A stretch of DNA of 64,000 bases, taken from Elusimicrobiota bacterium (GTDB taxonomy: Bacteria; Elusimicrobiota; Elusimicrobia; UBA1565; UBA9628). The stretch lies in NCBI GenBank assembly GCA_044450965.1, contig JBIOJO010000011.1, positions 13,091 through 77,090 on the forward strand. The letters are read 5' to 3'. The notes under the pieces are model-generated. The model had not been told where the DNA came from. It did no database searches and was given only the letters and a program-made list of their open reading frames with translations. Position numbers and translations under genes: made by a program. Below, in pieces: positions 17,397 through 26,876 of the stretch (position 1 is the stretch's first letter; each line of letters begins with the position of its first letter).

Positions 17397-18454
17397 CGGG
17401 AGTGTCTCCTGGAAACGGCGGGGGTGTTTTTGACTTCGGGAGCGAGCAGGTGTAGCAGGACGGCTTTGGCGGCATGAAGGCGGTTCTCGGCCTCGTCGAT
17501 GACGACGGACCAGGGCCCGTCGAGGACCTCGTCGGCGACGACCATGTTGCGGCGCACGGGCAGGCAATGCATGAACAGGGCGTCCGAGGTCTTCTTCATC
17601 TTCGCCGCGGTCACCATCCACTTCGCGCGGAAGGCGGCGTCGGACGAAGGCGGTTGGCCGTAATTCGCCAGCGAGCCCCAAGATTTCGCGTATACGACAT
17701 GCTGTCCCTCGTATGCGGCCGGAACGTCGTCGGTGACCCGCAGGGTGGTCCCGGCCCGCGCGCAATTCTTTTCTACGCGGGCCATCACCTCGGGGTCGAG
17801 GTCGTAGCCCTGCGGTCTCGCGATGGTCACGTTCATGCCCGCCATGGAGGACATTTCCACCGCGGAATTCGGTACCGCCATGGGTAACGCCTTCACGTGC
17901 GGCGCCCAGGCCAGCAGGAAATTCTTCTTCTTGGGCGCAAAGCGCTCCTTGATGGTGGCCAGATCGGCGAGCGCCTGGCACGGATGGCCGCTGGCGGATT
18001 CCAGGTTGATCACCGGCACGGTGGAATATTTAAGAAAGGCCGCGAGCGGCCGTTCCTTCTTGTCCTCGTCCCATGAAGCGCCCGCCGGGAACGAGCGAAG
18101 CCCCAGTGCCGCGCAGAATCGGCCCAGCACGGGCACCGCTTCCTTGAGATGCTCCGCGGCGGTGCCGTCCATGACGACGCCTTCGACGGACTCCATGCCC
18201 CAGGTTCCGCCCGTGCCGCCGCCCAGGCTGAGAGTGATCGGATGCCCGCCAAGCGAAGCGGTCGCCACCTCGCTGGAGACCTGGGTCCGGAGGGAGGGAT
18301 TCATGTAGCAGAACGCCAGGCTTTTGCCGGCCAACGGGGCGTTCGTGGGATGCGATTTCTTCAAGGACAGGGCGAAATCGGCGAGAGCCAGAAGCTCCTC
18401 GCCGGTGAAGTCTTTCAGATGGGTGAAGTGTTTGATCTTGTTCACAATATTCAC
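17393..18454 (-). CDS. argF: N-acetyl/N-succinyl-ornithine carbamoyltransferase-type transcarbamylase (argF' type)
   Basis: Transcarbamylase fold with HCLP motif; carbamoyl-phosphate site SLRTQ instead of canonical STRTR; 353 aa. Such features are typical of the acylornithine transcarbamylases, but this was not verified by search. Confidence 0.8.
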   Translation of the reverse strand: MNIVNKIKHFTHLKDFTGEELLALADFALSLKKSHPTNAPLAGKSLAFCYMNPSLRTQVSSEVATASLGGHPITLSLGGGTGGTWGMESVEGVVMDGTAAEHLKEAVPVLGRFCAALGLRSFPAGASWDEDKKERPLAAFLKYSTVPVINLESASGHPCQALADLATIKERFAPKKKNFLLAWAPHVKALPMAVPNSAVEMSSMAGMNVTIARPQGYDLDPEVMARVEKNCARAGTTLRVTDDVPAAYEGQHVVYAKSWGSLANYGQPPSSDAAFRAKWMVTAAKMKKTSDALFMHCLPVRRNMVVADEVLDGPWSVVIDEAENRLHAAKAVLLHLLAPEVKNTPAVSRRHSR

Positions 18455-19638
18455 CGGGCAACTGTTGGCGCCAACAGTTGATCTTGCGCGAATATGTCCG
18501 CGAGTGCGTCCCGGAGCATCCCGATTTCGACCGCGCTCACGGTGAGCGGCGGCAGGAGGCGGATCACGTGGGGATCGTCGGCTCCGCCGACCAATATATT
18601 CTTGGCCAACAACGCGGCGCGGGCCGCCTTGGAGGGGCGGTCGAGAACGATTCCCAAGAGCAAACCTTTGCCCCGGATCTCCACGATCTGGGGGAAATCA
18701 AAAGTCTTACGGATCAACGCTTCCATGGCAGCGGCGTTATCCCAGAGCTTCTTATCCGAGATCGACTTCAAGGTCGCCGTGATGGCGACGGAGGCGAGCG
18801 GGCCGCCGCCGAACGTCGAACCCAGGGCGCCCGGCTTCACCTTTTTCGCGACTTCCGGAGCGGCGAGCACCGCTCCGGCCGGGACGCCTGAAGCCAGCGC
18901 TTTTGCAAATGTCTGCATCTGCGGCCGCGCGCCCCAGGCGTGGCGCGCGGAGCGGGCGCCGACGCGTCCTAATCCGGTTTGGACCTCATCAAAGATCAAG
19001 AGCGCGCCGGACTTCTCGCAGAGCGCCTGAAGGCCTTTCAAATATTCGCTCGTCGCCGTGGTGGCGCCTTGCACGCTTTGAATCGGTTCCAAAAGGAACG
19101 CGGCCGTGTTCGAATCGATCGCGGCTTTCGCCGCGGGGAGATCGCCGAAAGGCACATGAACGATGTCGGAGCCCAGCCCCGAGAGCCCCTTTCTGTATTT
19201 AGCGCCGGTGGCGGCCACAGCGGCCGCCGTGCGACCATGAAATCCACCTTCGGCCGCGATCACCTTGGCGCGCCCAGTCACGGACCGCGCTATGCGTAAC
19301 GCATTTTCATTCGCCTCGGCCCCGGAGTTGCAGAAAAACACCTGGGAGCCGTCCTCGCCGCAGAATTCCACCAGGGCTTTCGCGGCCTCGGCGCGCGCGC
19401 GGTTGTAGACGAGGTTCGAGTAGAACAGGAGCTTCTTGGACTGAGCGGCTATCGCATCGGAGATCTCCGCCGGGCTGTGACCCAATGCCGCCACGGCGTG
19501 TCCGCCATAGAGGTCTAGATATTTATTTCCGTTCTCGTCCCACACCCAGCAGCCCTCGCCGCGCTCCAGCGCGAACGGGAACTTCTCGTACGTGGGAAGG
19601 ACGTAGGCGTCTTCCAGCGCCATGGACTGTTTCATCAT
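18451..19638 (-). CDS. argD: Acetylornithine aminotransferase (class III PLP aminotransferase)
   Basis: Class-III aminotransferase motifs (LIFDEVQTG, TFGGGP). Start trimmed to MMKQSMALED. Confidence 0.9.
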   Translation of the reverse strand: MMKQSMALEDAYVLPTYEKFPFALERGEGCWVWDENGNKYLDLYGGHAVAALGHSPAEISDAIAAQSKKLLFYSNLVYNRARAEAAKALVEFCGEDGSQVFFCNSGAEANENALRIARSVTGRAKVIAAEGGFHGRTAAAVAATGAKYRKGLSGLGSDIVHVPFGDLPAAKAAIDSNTAAFLLEPIQSVQGATTATSEYLKGLQALCEKSGALLIFDEVQTGLGRVGARSARHAWGARPQMQTFAKALASGVPAGAVLAAPEVAKKVKPGALGSTFGGGPLASVAITATLKSISDKKLWDNAAAMEALIRKTFDFPQIVEIRGKGLLLGIVLDRPSKAARAALLAKNILVGGADDPHVIRLLPPLTVSAVEIGMLRDALADIFAQDQLLAPTVAR

Positions 19639-19643
19639 CGTCC

Positions 19644-20675
19644 TCAGGGGTAGTGGCCGGCGAAGGCCAGGCCTTCGCTTTCGTTCCAGCCCATCATCAC
19701 GTTCAGGTTCTGGACCGCCTGGCCGGAGGCGCCCTTGACCAGGTTGTCGATGGCGGCGATCACGCCGATGCGCCCTTCCGAGACGGTGACGAACACGTCG
19801 CAGTGGTTGCTGCCGTTGACCGCGTTCAGCGACGGCGGCTCGGTCACCAGGCGCACGAAGGTGCATCCTTTATAGGCGTCCCGGTACAGGTCCATCACCT
19901 TCTTCTCGGTCCAGCCCTTGGGCAGATCCACCTGGCACACCGCGTAGATCCCGCGCGCGAACGGCCCGGAGATGGGGATCAGCGAGAGTTTGAGCGCGGA
20001 GCCTCCCGACAGCCGGTCCAGGATCTGCTGGACCTCGGGAACGTGCTGGTGGACGAACGGCTTGTAGGCGCGCAGGTTCGCGTGCCGCGTGGGGTGGTGC
20101 GTGATCACCGACGGCGACGCGCCGGATCCCGACGAGCCGGTGACCGCGGTGACGGAGACGGTGCCGGCGATCTTTCCCTTGGCCAAGGGCCCGAGCGCGA
20201 GCGCGGTGGCCGTGGCGAAGCAGCCGGGGTTGGCGACCCAGCGCGACTTGGCGATCTCGGCGCGGTTGAGCTCCACCAGGCCGTAGGCGAACTTCTTCAA
20301 GAGGGCCGGCGCTTTGTGCGTGCGCGTGTACCAGCGCGGATAAAGCTCCGCGTCGCGGAGCCGGAAGTCGCCGGACAGGTCGATGATGCGCAGGCGCGGG
20401 CCGGTCTCGGCGATGATCGCCGGGACGTTGCCCATCGCGTCGCCGTGTCCGCCGGCCAGGAACAGGAAGTCCAGCTTCGCGTAATCCAGCTTGCGCGTGA
20501 AGGACAGGTCGGTGCGGCCGCGCAGGTTGGGATGCGCCAGGAACACCGGCTGGCCGGGAAAGGTGGCCGAGGTCGCCGCGGCGATCTCCACCTTCGGATG
20601 GCCGAGCAGCAGGCGGATCAGCTCTCCGCCCGCGAACCCCGCGCCGCCTTCGATGCCGACCCGTATCTTCTTCAT
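19644..20675 (-). CDS. argC: N-acetyl-gamma-glutamyl-phosphate reductase
   Basis: 343 aa. ArgC-like sequence with an active-site Cys in the NPGCFAT context. Confidence 0.9.
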   Translation of the reverse strand: MKKIRVGIEGGAGFAGGELIRLLLGHPKVEIAAATSATFPGQPVFLAHPNLRGRTDLSFTRKLDYAKLDFLFLAGGHGDAMGNVPAIIAETGPRLRIIDLSGDFRLRDAELYPRWYTRTHKAPALLKKFAYGLVELNRAEIAKSRWVANPGCFATATALALGPLAKGKIAGTVSVTAVTGSSGSGASPSVITHHPTRHANLRAYKPFVHQHVPEVQQILDRLSGGSALKLSLIPISGPFARGIYAVCQVDLPKGWTEKKVMDLYRDAYKGCTFVRLVTEPPSLNAVNGSNHCDVFVTVSEGRIGVIAAIDNLVKGASGQAVQNLNVMMGWNESEGLAFAGHYP

Positions 20676-21724
20676 GCCTTCACTCCCGAAAAAACGGCGT
20701 CCTCGACGAACTTGCCCAGCAGGTCGTACTCGATGCGCGCGTTCATGGCGCGCACGCCGATCTTATTCTCGATGAATTCCTTCCCGACGGCGTTGTCCGT
20801 GGCCGGGCCGGAAATCAGGTCCACCCGGCGCTTGAACGTGTTTTTGAACAATTCGACGGCGCCCCAGGCGGCCACGGGATCGTTGGCGCACATCAGATGG
20901 GCCGAGCCCGCGTTCATGAGTTCATCGTCGTGCAATATTTCCTGGACGCCGTACTCTCCCAGGATTCCGTCGCCGAGCTCGATGACCAAGACGTCGGGCT
21001 CTTCTTTGTTCAGCGCGTTGATCAATCCCTTGGCCACCGGGACCGACACCTTCCCGGTCGTGGACACCACTCCGGCGTCCGTGAAAGAGAGACTTTTGAT
21101 CGCGCCGCGGTCCACCATGCTCATCGTGTCGCGCAGGAGCGAGACGCCCGTTAATTTCGCGCCGCAGACCTTGTAGCCCTTGCGCGTCAGATACCGGATG
21201 ACCTCGCCGCAGGCGAAGGTCTTGCCGGCGTTCATGCACGTTCCGGCCACGTAGACGATCGGGGCCGATTTTTCCAGATGATCGGCCCACGGGATCGCTC
21301 CCGTCCGGATCGAAGCGGGCACGCCCACTCGTTCACCCAGATGGGGGAACGAGAGAATCTGTCCCAGAACCTCGGCCTGCAACGGTTTCCCCAATTCGAG
21401 ATTAACGGACGTGCATTTCCCGATGACTCCGCCGAGGTTCAGCACGTCGAGGCGGTCGCCCACCTTGATGACTTCAGGGACGATTCCGGCATAACCGCGG
21501 AGAGCCCGGCGCGTACCGAGAACGGCGGCGATCACGTCGCCGTCGTTCAACCCGATCATGCGGCCGTAGACGTCCTCGACCTGGTTGTAGACCGTCTTTG
21601 TCCCGTGGATCCTCACCGCCAGGACGTTTCCTTCCTGGGCATGGATGTCGTCGGACAGGAGCACTTCCCGGGGAATGCGTGCGTTGCGCGTGACCGACGC
21701 GATCTTATCGAGGGTGACTTTCAT
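20672..21724 (-). CDS. DUF1611-family protein (DgcN-like putative N-acyltransferase) embedded in the arg operon
   Basis: 350 aa after trimming. Resembles the DUF1611 family (P-loop-like region YVAGTCMNAGKTF). ATGA-coupled to argG upstream and argC downstream. No argA/argJ is present in the operon. Confidence 0.65.
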   Translation of the reverse strand: MKVTLDKIASVTRNARIPREVLLSDDIHAQEGNVLAVRIHGTKTVYNQVEDVYGRMIGLNDGDVIAAVLGTRRALRGYAGIVPEVIKVGDRLDVLNLGGVIGKCTSVNLELGKPLQAEVLGQILSFPHLGERVGVPASIRTGAIPWADHLEKSAPIVYVAGTCMNAGKTFACGEVIRYLTRKGYKVCGAKLTGVSLLRDTMSMVDRGAIKSLSFTDAGVVSTTGKVSVPVAKGLINALNKEEPDVLVIELGDGILGEYGVQEILHDDELMNAGSAHLMCANDPVAAWGAVELFKNTFKRRVDLISGPATDNAVGKEFIENKIGVRAMNARIEYDLLGKFVEDAVFSGVKA

Positions 21725-22950
21725 GAGGCGCTCCCGGCCGTCTCCGGCGTTTTCTCTCCGCGCGCGTGCGCTCGCGCGGCGAGTGTCATGGGCAGGGCGT
21801 GGAGCTTGGCGAAGCCCGCGGCCTCCGGCCCGGTCCACAGCCGCGTCGTCTCGCCGTACGTGGCGGCTCCGGCGACCATGCTGTACGGGCTCTTCAACCC
21901 CGTCACGTCGAAATGCCCGGCGCGCAGGCGCAGGCGCGCTTCGCCGGTGACGGCTTCCTGGCTGGAGGCGATCATGGCCTCGATGTCGCGCATCACCGGG
22001 TCGAAGTACAGGCCCTCGTGCAGCATCTGGCCGTAGAATTCGCCGATGTGATTCTTCCAGAACACCTGCCAACGGGTCAGGACCAGCTTCTCCAATTCGT
22101 TGTGCGCGGAAATCAGCATCAGCGGCGCCGGCGCCTCGAACGCGATGCGGCCCTTGATGCCCAGTATGGTGTCGCCCATGTGGATGCCGCGGCCGACCGC
22201 GTAGGTGCGTCCCAAGACGTGAAGAGCCTGGACCAGGGACACCCCGTCGAGTTTCTTGCCGTCCAGGGAGACGGGAACGCCTTTCTCGAAGCCCACAACG
22301 ACGTCTTGGCCTTTCGCGGGCGCCGTTTCTGACGCGGACGGGAAGGCCGAATCCGGAACTTCCGTCCACGGATCGTGCGTCGCGCCGCCGCCGACCGTCG
22401 TGCCCCAAAGACCGGCGTTCACGGAGTAAGAAACCGTTTTGGCCGGCACCGGCACGCCGAACTTCGCGAGATAGTCCGTCTCCTGCTGCCGCGACCAGCC
22501 CAGGTCCCGGATGGGCGTGTGCACCGTTATATTAGGAAGGAGCACCTGGAAAACCGCGTCGAAGCGGACCTGATCGTTGCCCGCGCCGGTGGAGCCGTGC
22601 GAGACGCCGTCGGCGGAGACTTCCTTCGCCACCCGGGCCACGACCTCGGCCTGGAGCACGCGCTCGGCGGAGACGGACAGGGGGTAGGCGCGGCCGCGCA
22701 GGATGTTGCCCTGGATCAGCGGCACCGCGAAGCGGGAGAACACCTCGGCCCGGCCGTCGATGGTGCGGTGCTCCACGGCGCCCAGGGACTTTGAGCGCGC
22801 CGCGATGGCGGCCAGCTCCTCGGGGCCGAAGCCGCCGGTGTCCACGGTCACGGTCAGGACGTCGGCGTTCAATTCCTTCTGCAGCCACAGCACGCAGAAC
22901 GTGGTGTCCAGTCCGCCGCTGAAGGCGAGGACGATCTTGGGCTTCTTCAT
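21721..22950 (-). CDS. argG: Argininosuccinate synthase
   Basis: PP-loop AFSGGLDTT; 409 aa. Confidence 0.92.
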   Translation of the reverse strand: MKKPKIVLAFSGGLDTTFCVLWLQKELNADVLTVTVDTGGFGPEELAAIAARSKSLGAVEHRTIDGRAEVFSRFAVPLIQGNILRGRAYPLSVSAERVLQAEVVARVAKEVSADGVSHGSTGAGNDQVRFDAVFQVLLPNITVHTPIRDLGWSRQQETDYLAKFGVPVPAKTVSYSVNAGLWGTTVGGGATHDPWTEVPDSAFPSASETAPAKGQDVVVGFEKGVPVSLDGKKLDGVSLVQALHVLGRTYAVGRGIHMGDTILGIKGRIAFEAPAPLMLISAHNELEKLVLTRWQVFWKNHIGEFYGQMLHEGLYFDPVMRDIEAMIASSQEAVTGEARLRLRAGHFDVTGLKSPYSMVAGAATYGETTRLWTGPEAAGFAKLHALPMTLAARAHARGEKTPETAGSAS

Positions 22951-22951
22951 A

Positions 22952-23413
22952 TCAGTGGGCCATCCTTGTTTCCAGGAATTCGATCAGCTTCTTCTGCGCG
23001 GCGCCGGAATCCGACGCGACGAACACCGTGTCGTCGCCGGCCAAGGTGCCGACCAGTCCCGTCATGTTCAAGCCGTCCAGCACCAGGCCCACGCGGGGCG
23101 CGGCGCCGGCGTCGCAGCGCACGACCGTCAGGTTGGGCCCGGCCGCGACGACGCTCCGGACGAAGGTGCGCAGGGGCATTTCGGGGTCGTGCGCGCCTCC
23201 TTCGGCGGTGGCGGCCTTGTAGGCGCCGGCCACCTTGATCAGGCCCAGCTCGGCGACGTCGCGCGAGATGGAGACCTGGGTGGCGGGGATTCCGCGCTTC
23301 TTCAGGGCGCGCACCAGATCGTTCTGCGTGGCGACCGCTTCTTGAGAAACTGCCTCGAGGATGGCGGTCTGCCGGGCGGACTTGCGGTCCTCGCGCGTCG
23401 CATATTTATTCAT
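22952..23413 (-). CDS. argR: Arginine repressor
   Basis: 153 aa; winged-helix N-domain plus C-terminal arginine-binding domain (GTLAGDDTVFV). First gene of the arg operon. Confidence 0.88.
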   Translation of the reverse strand: MNKYATREDRKSARQTAILEAVSQEAVATQNDLVRALKKRGIPATQVSISRDVAELGLIKVAGAYKAATAEGGAHDPEMPLRTFVRSVVAAGPNLTVVRCDAGAAPRVGLVLDGLNMTGLVGTLAGDDTVFVASDSGAAQKKLIEFLETRMAH

Positions 23414-23416
23414 AAC

Positions 23417-23434
23417 TATGAATAATTATACATA
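23417..23434 (+). promoter_or_regulatory. ARG box-like operator (TATGAATAATTATACATA) immediately upstream of the argR start
   Basis: Matches the E. coli ARG box consensus TNTGAATWWWWATTCANW with one mismatch. Sits in a short AT-rich patch 4 nt upstream of the argR ATG. Confidence 0.5.
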
Positions 23435-23474
23435 ACGGCGCGCGGACGTCAAGCGGTAAATTCGCGGGGAGGGC

Positions 23475-25532
23475 TTAGAACCGGTAGGCGACCGTGTAGT
23501 CGACGCGGCGCCCGTTGACGAGGGGCATCGATTCCACGACCCGCTGGCGGACGTACTCCGGCACGGCCACCGCGCTGCCCGTCACGTTGTGGAGCGACAG
23601 CGTGTGCTTGAAGGCGCCGTTCTTGAAGCCGACGCTCGCGTCCGCCCACGCCTGGTCCGGCAGCCGCGTGCGCAACGTGTCCATGCTGGAGAAATGATTG
23701 GCGACCAGGCTCCCGAAGAATTCCCCGGGCCCGAAGGGATTGGGAGCGTTCCCCGACACCCCGGACGAGAGGGAGTACCTCGGCACGTACTTGAAGTTGT
23801 AGGACTGCGCGCCGGGAAGTCCGAAAACGCCCGGCGCGGCGATGGCGTGCGCGTCTCCCTGGCTGCCCAGGATGTAGTCGAAAGACGTGAAGGCGGCCAG
23901 GCGCGGCTCCGCGTAGCGCAGCTCCAATTCGGCGCCTTTGGCGTGATAGCGGGGCGCGTTGTCGTAGAAGTTCACGCCGCTGAACGACTGTCCGTCCCGG
24001 TTGAAGCCGCCCAGGTTCCGAAAGATCGAGTTCGTGTATTCCTCGTAATAGACCGTGGCTTGGCCGAAAACACGCTCGATCTGGGTGAGATAGGACAGTT
24101 CCGTCGAGAAGGTCTTTTCCGGCCGGAGGTCGGGGTTTCCGACGATGGTCACGGGGTTGTTCAGGAAATACAATTCGAAAGGAGTGGGAGCCCGGAAAGA
24201 CTGCCCGGCCATGAACTTGACGCTGTTCTTCTCGTTGATCATGTACACGGCCGATCCGCGCGAGGAGAAGTCGTCGCCGAATTGCTCGTTGTGGGTGTAG
24301 CGCGTGCCGGCCGCGAGCTTCCAGGGGTTCTGGTCGTAGCCGACCTGCGCGAAGACCGAACCTTCCCAGACCACGCGGTTGCGCATCCCGTTCTCGGAGA
24401 CCACGGTCTGCGAGGTGCTGATGAAGTTGTTGTAGCGCGAGTCCACCCGGTATTCGTGCTCCCCGCCGAGCTCCAGGGTGAACGGGCCGGGAAGGTCGAA
24501 GTCCGCGGTCAAGGCGTTGACGTAGCGGGCGCCGAGGATGTCCGAGCGCAGCCCGTCTCCCTCGTCTCGCGGGATCTGCCGCCGCTGGCGGTCGTAGGTC
24601 GCGGAATACTTCAGGTTCGACCAGTTGGGCCCGAAGGAGTACGCGTAATTGAGCAGCTCCATCTCCTTTTCGGCGGGGTTCTGCCCGCCGGTGGCCAGGG
24701 AGATGTTGTTTCCGCCGTAGTCCTGGAGGCTGTTGGAGACGTTCGCCAGAAGGCTGTGTCCGCCGTTTTTCCATTGCGCGTTGACGTTCCGGACGGTGTA
24801 GTACTCCTGGAGCTGGTAGGCGGCGCGCGTCTCGTCGGTGAAGGCGAAGGCGGGCTCGCGTTGATTGTTGTAATCCGCCGAGAAGAAGAGGGAGGAGTTC
24901 TCCTTGGCCTGGGAGTAAAGACCCGCGGCGTGGGAGACCTGGGCGGTCCCTCCGAAGCCGTCGTGGCCGTTGCCCACGCCGGCGCCGACCAGCCCCAGCT
25001 TGGAGTTCTTCTGCGGCCGCCGCAGGACGATGTTGATGGCGCCGTTGAGGGCGTTGGACCCGTAGAGAACCGAGGCCGGACCGCGGAGGATCTCGATGCG
25101 CTCCACCGAGTCGATGCCGACGCGGTCGATGTCCCCTTCCCCGGTGACCGCGTTCCACGCCGGGACGTTCTCGATCATCACCAGGACCTTGTTGGCGTAG
25201 TGCTCCTCCAGCGCCCCGCGGAAGGTGGGGATGTGCTGCATGCTGTAGGTCCGGGTGATCATGACGCCGGCGACGGTCTGCAGGGCGTCGGAGACGTTCT
25301 CGAAGTTGTAGCGGTCGATCGTGTCCCGGTCGATGACCGTGACGTTCGAGACGCTGTTGAAGACGTTTTCCGGGCGGGCGGAGGCGACGGTGACGGCCTT
25401 CGCCTCGTCCTCCATGAACTTGAAGTAGTCGGCCTCCTTGTCTTCCGCCGCCGCGCGCGCCGCCGCGCCGGCCATCAAGGCCGTCGCGAGCAGGAAGACC
25501 GGGAGAGCGGCGCGGGGGCGATGACGAGGCAC
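23475..25532 (-). CDS. TonB-dependent outer-membrane receptor
   Basis: Signal peptide, plug-domain-like N-terminus, long beta-barrel region, C-terminal aromatic YRF. Confidence 0.85.
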   Translation of the reverse strand: MPRHRPRAALPVFLLATALMAGAAARAAAEDKEADYFKFMEDEAKAVTVASARPENVFNSVSNVTVIDRDTIDRYNFENVSDALQTVAGVMITRTYSMQHIPTFRGALEEHYANKVLVMIENVPAWNAVTGEGDIDRVGIDSVERIEILRGPASVLYGSNALNGAINIVLRRPQKNSKLGLVGAGVGNGHDGFGGTAQVSHAAGLYSQAKENSSLFFSADYNNQREPAFAFTDETRAAYQLQEYYTVRNVNAQWKNGGHSLLANVSNSLQDYGGNNISLATGGQNPAEKEMELLNYAYSFGPNWSNLKYSATYDRQRRQIPRDEGDGLRSDILGARYVNALTADFDLPGPFTLELGGEHEYRVDSRYNNFISTSQTVVSENGMRNRVVWEGSVFAQVGYDQNPWKLAAGTRYTHNEQFGDDFSSRGSAVYMINEKNSVKFMAGQSFRAPTPFELYFLNNPVTIVGNPDLRPEKTFSTELSYLTQIERVFGQATVYYEEYTNSIFRNLGGFNRDGQSFSGVNFYDNAPRYHAKGAELELRYAEPRLAAFTSFDYILGSQGDAHAIAAPGVFGLPGAQSYNFKYVPRYSLSSGVSGNAPNPFGPGEFFGSLVANHFSSMDTLRTRLPDQAWADASVGFKNGAFKHTLSLHNVTGSAVAVPEYVRQRVVESMPLVNGRRVDYTVAYRF

Positions 25533-25546
25533 TTCTATAATTTACA

Positions 25547-25819
25547 TCATTTCGCGCTATTCAACTCGCGGCGCAGGTCGTCCATCTGCTCCAGCAGATC
25601 GACGATCAGGGAGCCCGCGAACACGTCCAGCTCCAACGCGTCGCACAGCCGCCGCAGGCGCTGCAGCCGCGCCAGCCGCGCGGCCGAAAGGGCGCGCGGA
25701 TCCCCCTTCAGTTCCTCGACGATCAAGACCCCTTGGCGGACGCACTCCTGAAGAAACTCCGGTTCGACGCCGAGATGCTCGGCCAGGAGGATGATCTCCT
25801 TCTCGCTGCGCCGCTTCAT
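25547..25819 (-). CDS. cbpM: Chaperone modulatory protein CbpM-like (MerR-like small protein)
   Basis: 90 aa directly downstream of cbpA with an ATGA overlap (25816-25819). Start trimmed from the track ORF. Confidence 0.6.
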   Translation of the reverse strand: MKRRSEKEIILLAEHLGVEPEFLQECVRQGVLIVEELKGDPRALSAARLARLQRLRRLCDALELDVFAGSLIVDLLEQMDDLRRELNSAK

Positions 25820-26796
25820 GACGAGGCCTCCTTCATGTCGCGATAGATCTTCTCCAGACGCTCGCCCGACGTGTCGGGGATGTCGATGCGGACGGCGGCG
25901 TGAAGGTCGCCGCGGCCGCCGCCCTCGCGCCCCAGCCCTTTTCCGGCGACGCGCAAGATTTTCCCGGAGTGGGTGCCCGGAGGAACCTTGATCCGGATGG
26001 TTCCTTCCAAGGTGGGCACGGCGGTTTCCCCGCCCAGCGCGGCGACCCAGGGCATGACGGTCACGGTCGTCTCCAGGTCGGCGCCCGAAATTTTGAACGA
26101 CGGATGCGGCTGAAGGCGGATGCGCAGGAAGAGGTCGCCGGGTTCGCCTCCGGGGGCGGGGGAGCCTTGGCCGCGCAGGCGCAGCTTCATCCCGTCGTGA
26201 ACGGCGGCCGGCAGGCGCGCGGTGATGGTCCGGGGCGAGGAGATTTCGCCCACGCCGCCGCAGTTCCGGCAGAAGTTCCGGCCGCTGCGCCCCGTGCCGC
26301 CGCACTCCGGGCACAGCGCGGGGACGTTCAAGGTGATGTTCTTCTCTCCGCCGCGCACCGCGTCCTCCAGCGACAGCGGCATCTCCGCCTCGATGTCCTG
26401 GCCCTTGCGGGGCCCGCGCCGCGCGGAACGCCCGCCGCCCGGGGCCTGTCCGCCGTACAGGTTCTCGAAAAAATCGCTGAATCCGGAGAAGGCTTCGTTC
26501 TCCTCGCCGTTCCCGGCGGGACGGCGCGGGCGTTCCCGCTCGGGGGCGGGCTGAGGCCCGCGCTCCCAGTCGGCCCCGAACTGGTCGTACTTGGCCTTCT
26601 TCTCGGGATTGGAGAGGACCTCATACGCCTCGTTGAGCTCCTTGAACTTCGCGGAGGCTTCGGCTTTTTTGGCCTCGGGATGCAGGTCCGGGTGATGAAG
26701 CTTGGCCAGGCGGCGATAGGCCTGCTTGACTTCCTCGGGGGAGGAGTCTTTCTTGACGCCCAGGATCTCGTAGTAGTCCTTGAAGCCGTCGGCCAT
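25816..26796 (-). CDS. cbpA: Curved-DNA-binding DnaJ-family protein CbpA
   Basis: J-domain with HPD (KDYYEILGV...HPDL). No typical DnaJ zinc-finger; C-terminal DnaJ_C region. Confidence 0.85.
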   Translation of the reverse strand: MADGFKDYYEILGVKKDSSPEEVKQAYRRLAKLHHPDLHPEAKKAEASAKFKELNEAYEVLSNPEKKAKYDQFGADWERGPQPAPERERPRRPAGNGEENEAFSGFSDFFENLYGGQAPGGGRSARRGPRKGQDIEAEMPLSLEDAVRGGEKNITLNVPALCPECGGTGRSGRNFCRNCGGVGEISSPRTITARLPAAVHDGMKLRLRGQGSPAPGGEPGDLFLRIRLQPHPSFKISGADLETTVTVMPWVAALGGETAVPTLEGTIRIKVPPGTHSGKILRVAGKGLGREGGGRGDLHAAVRIDIPDTSGERLEKIYRDMKEASS

Positions 26797-26876
26797 GGCG
26801 ATTCCGGGAGCATAGTAAATCGCTCCGCGCGGCGCCGCGGAGAAAATCGCGCCCAGGGATAATATAAGATCGGATC

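Noticed and set aside
23589-25751. 720-aa plus-strand ORF
   Set aside because: Antisense to the TonB-dependent receptor.
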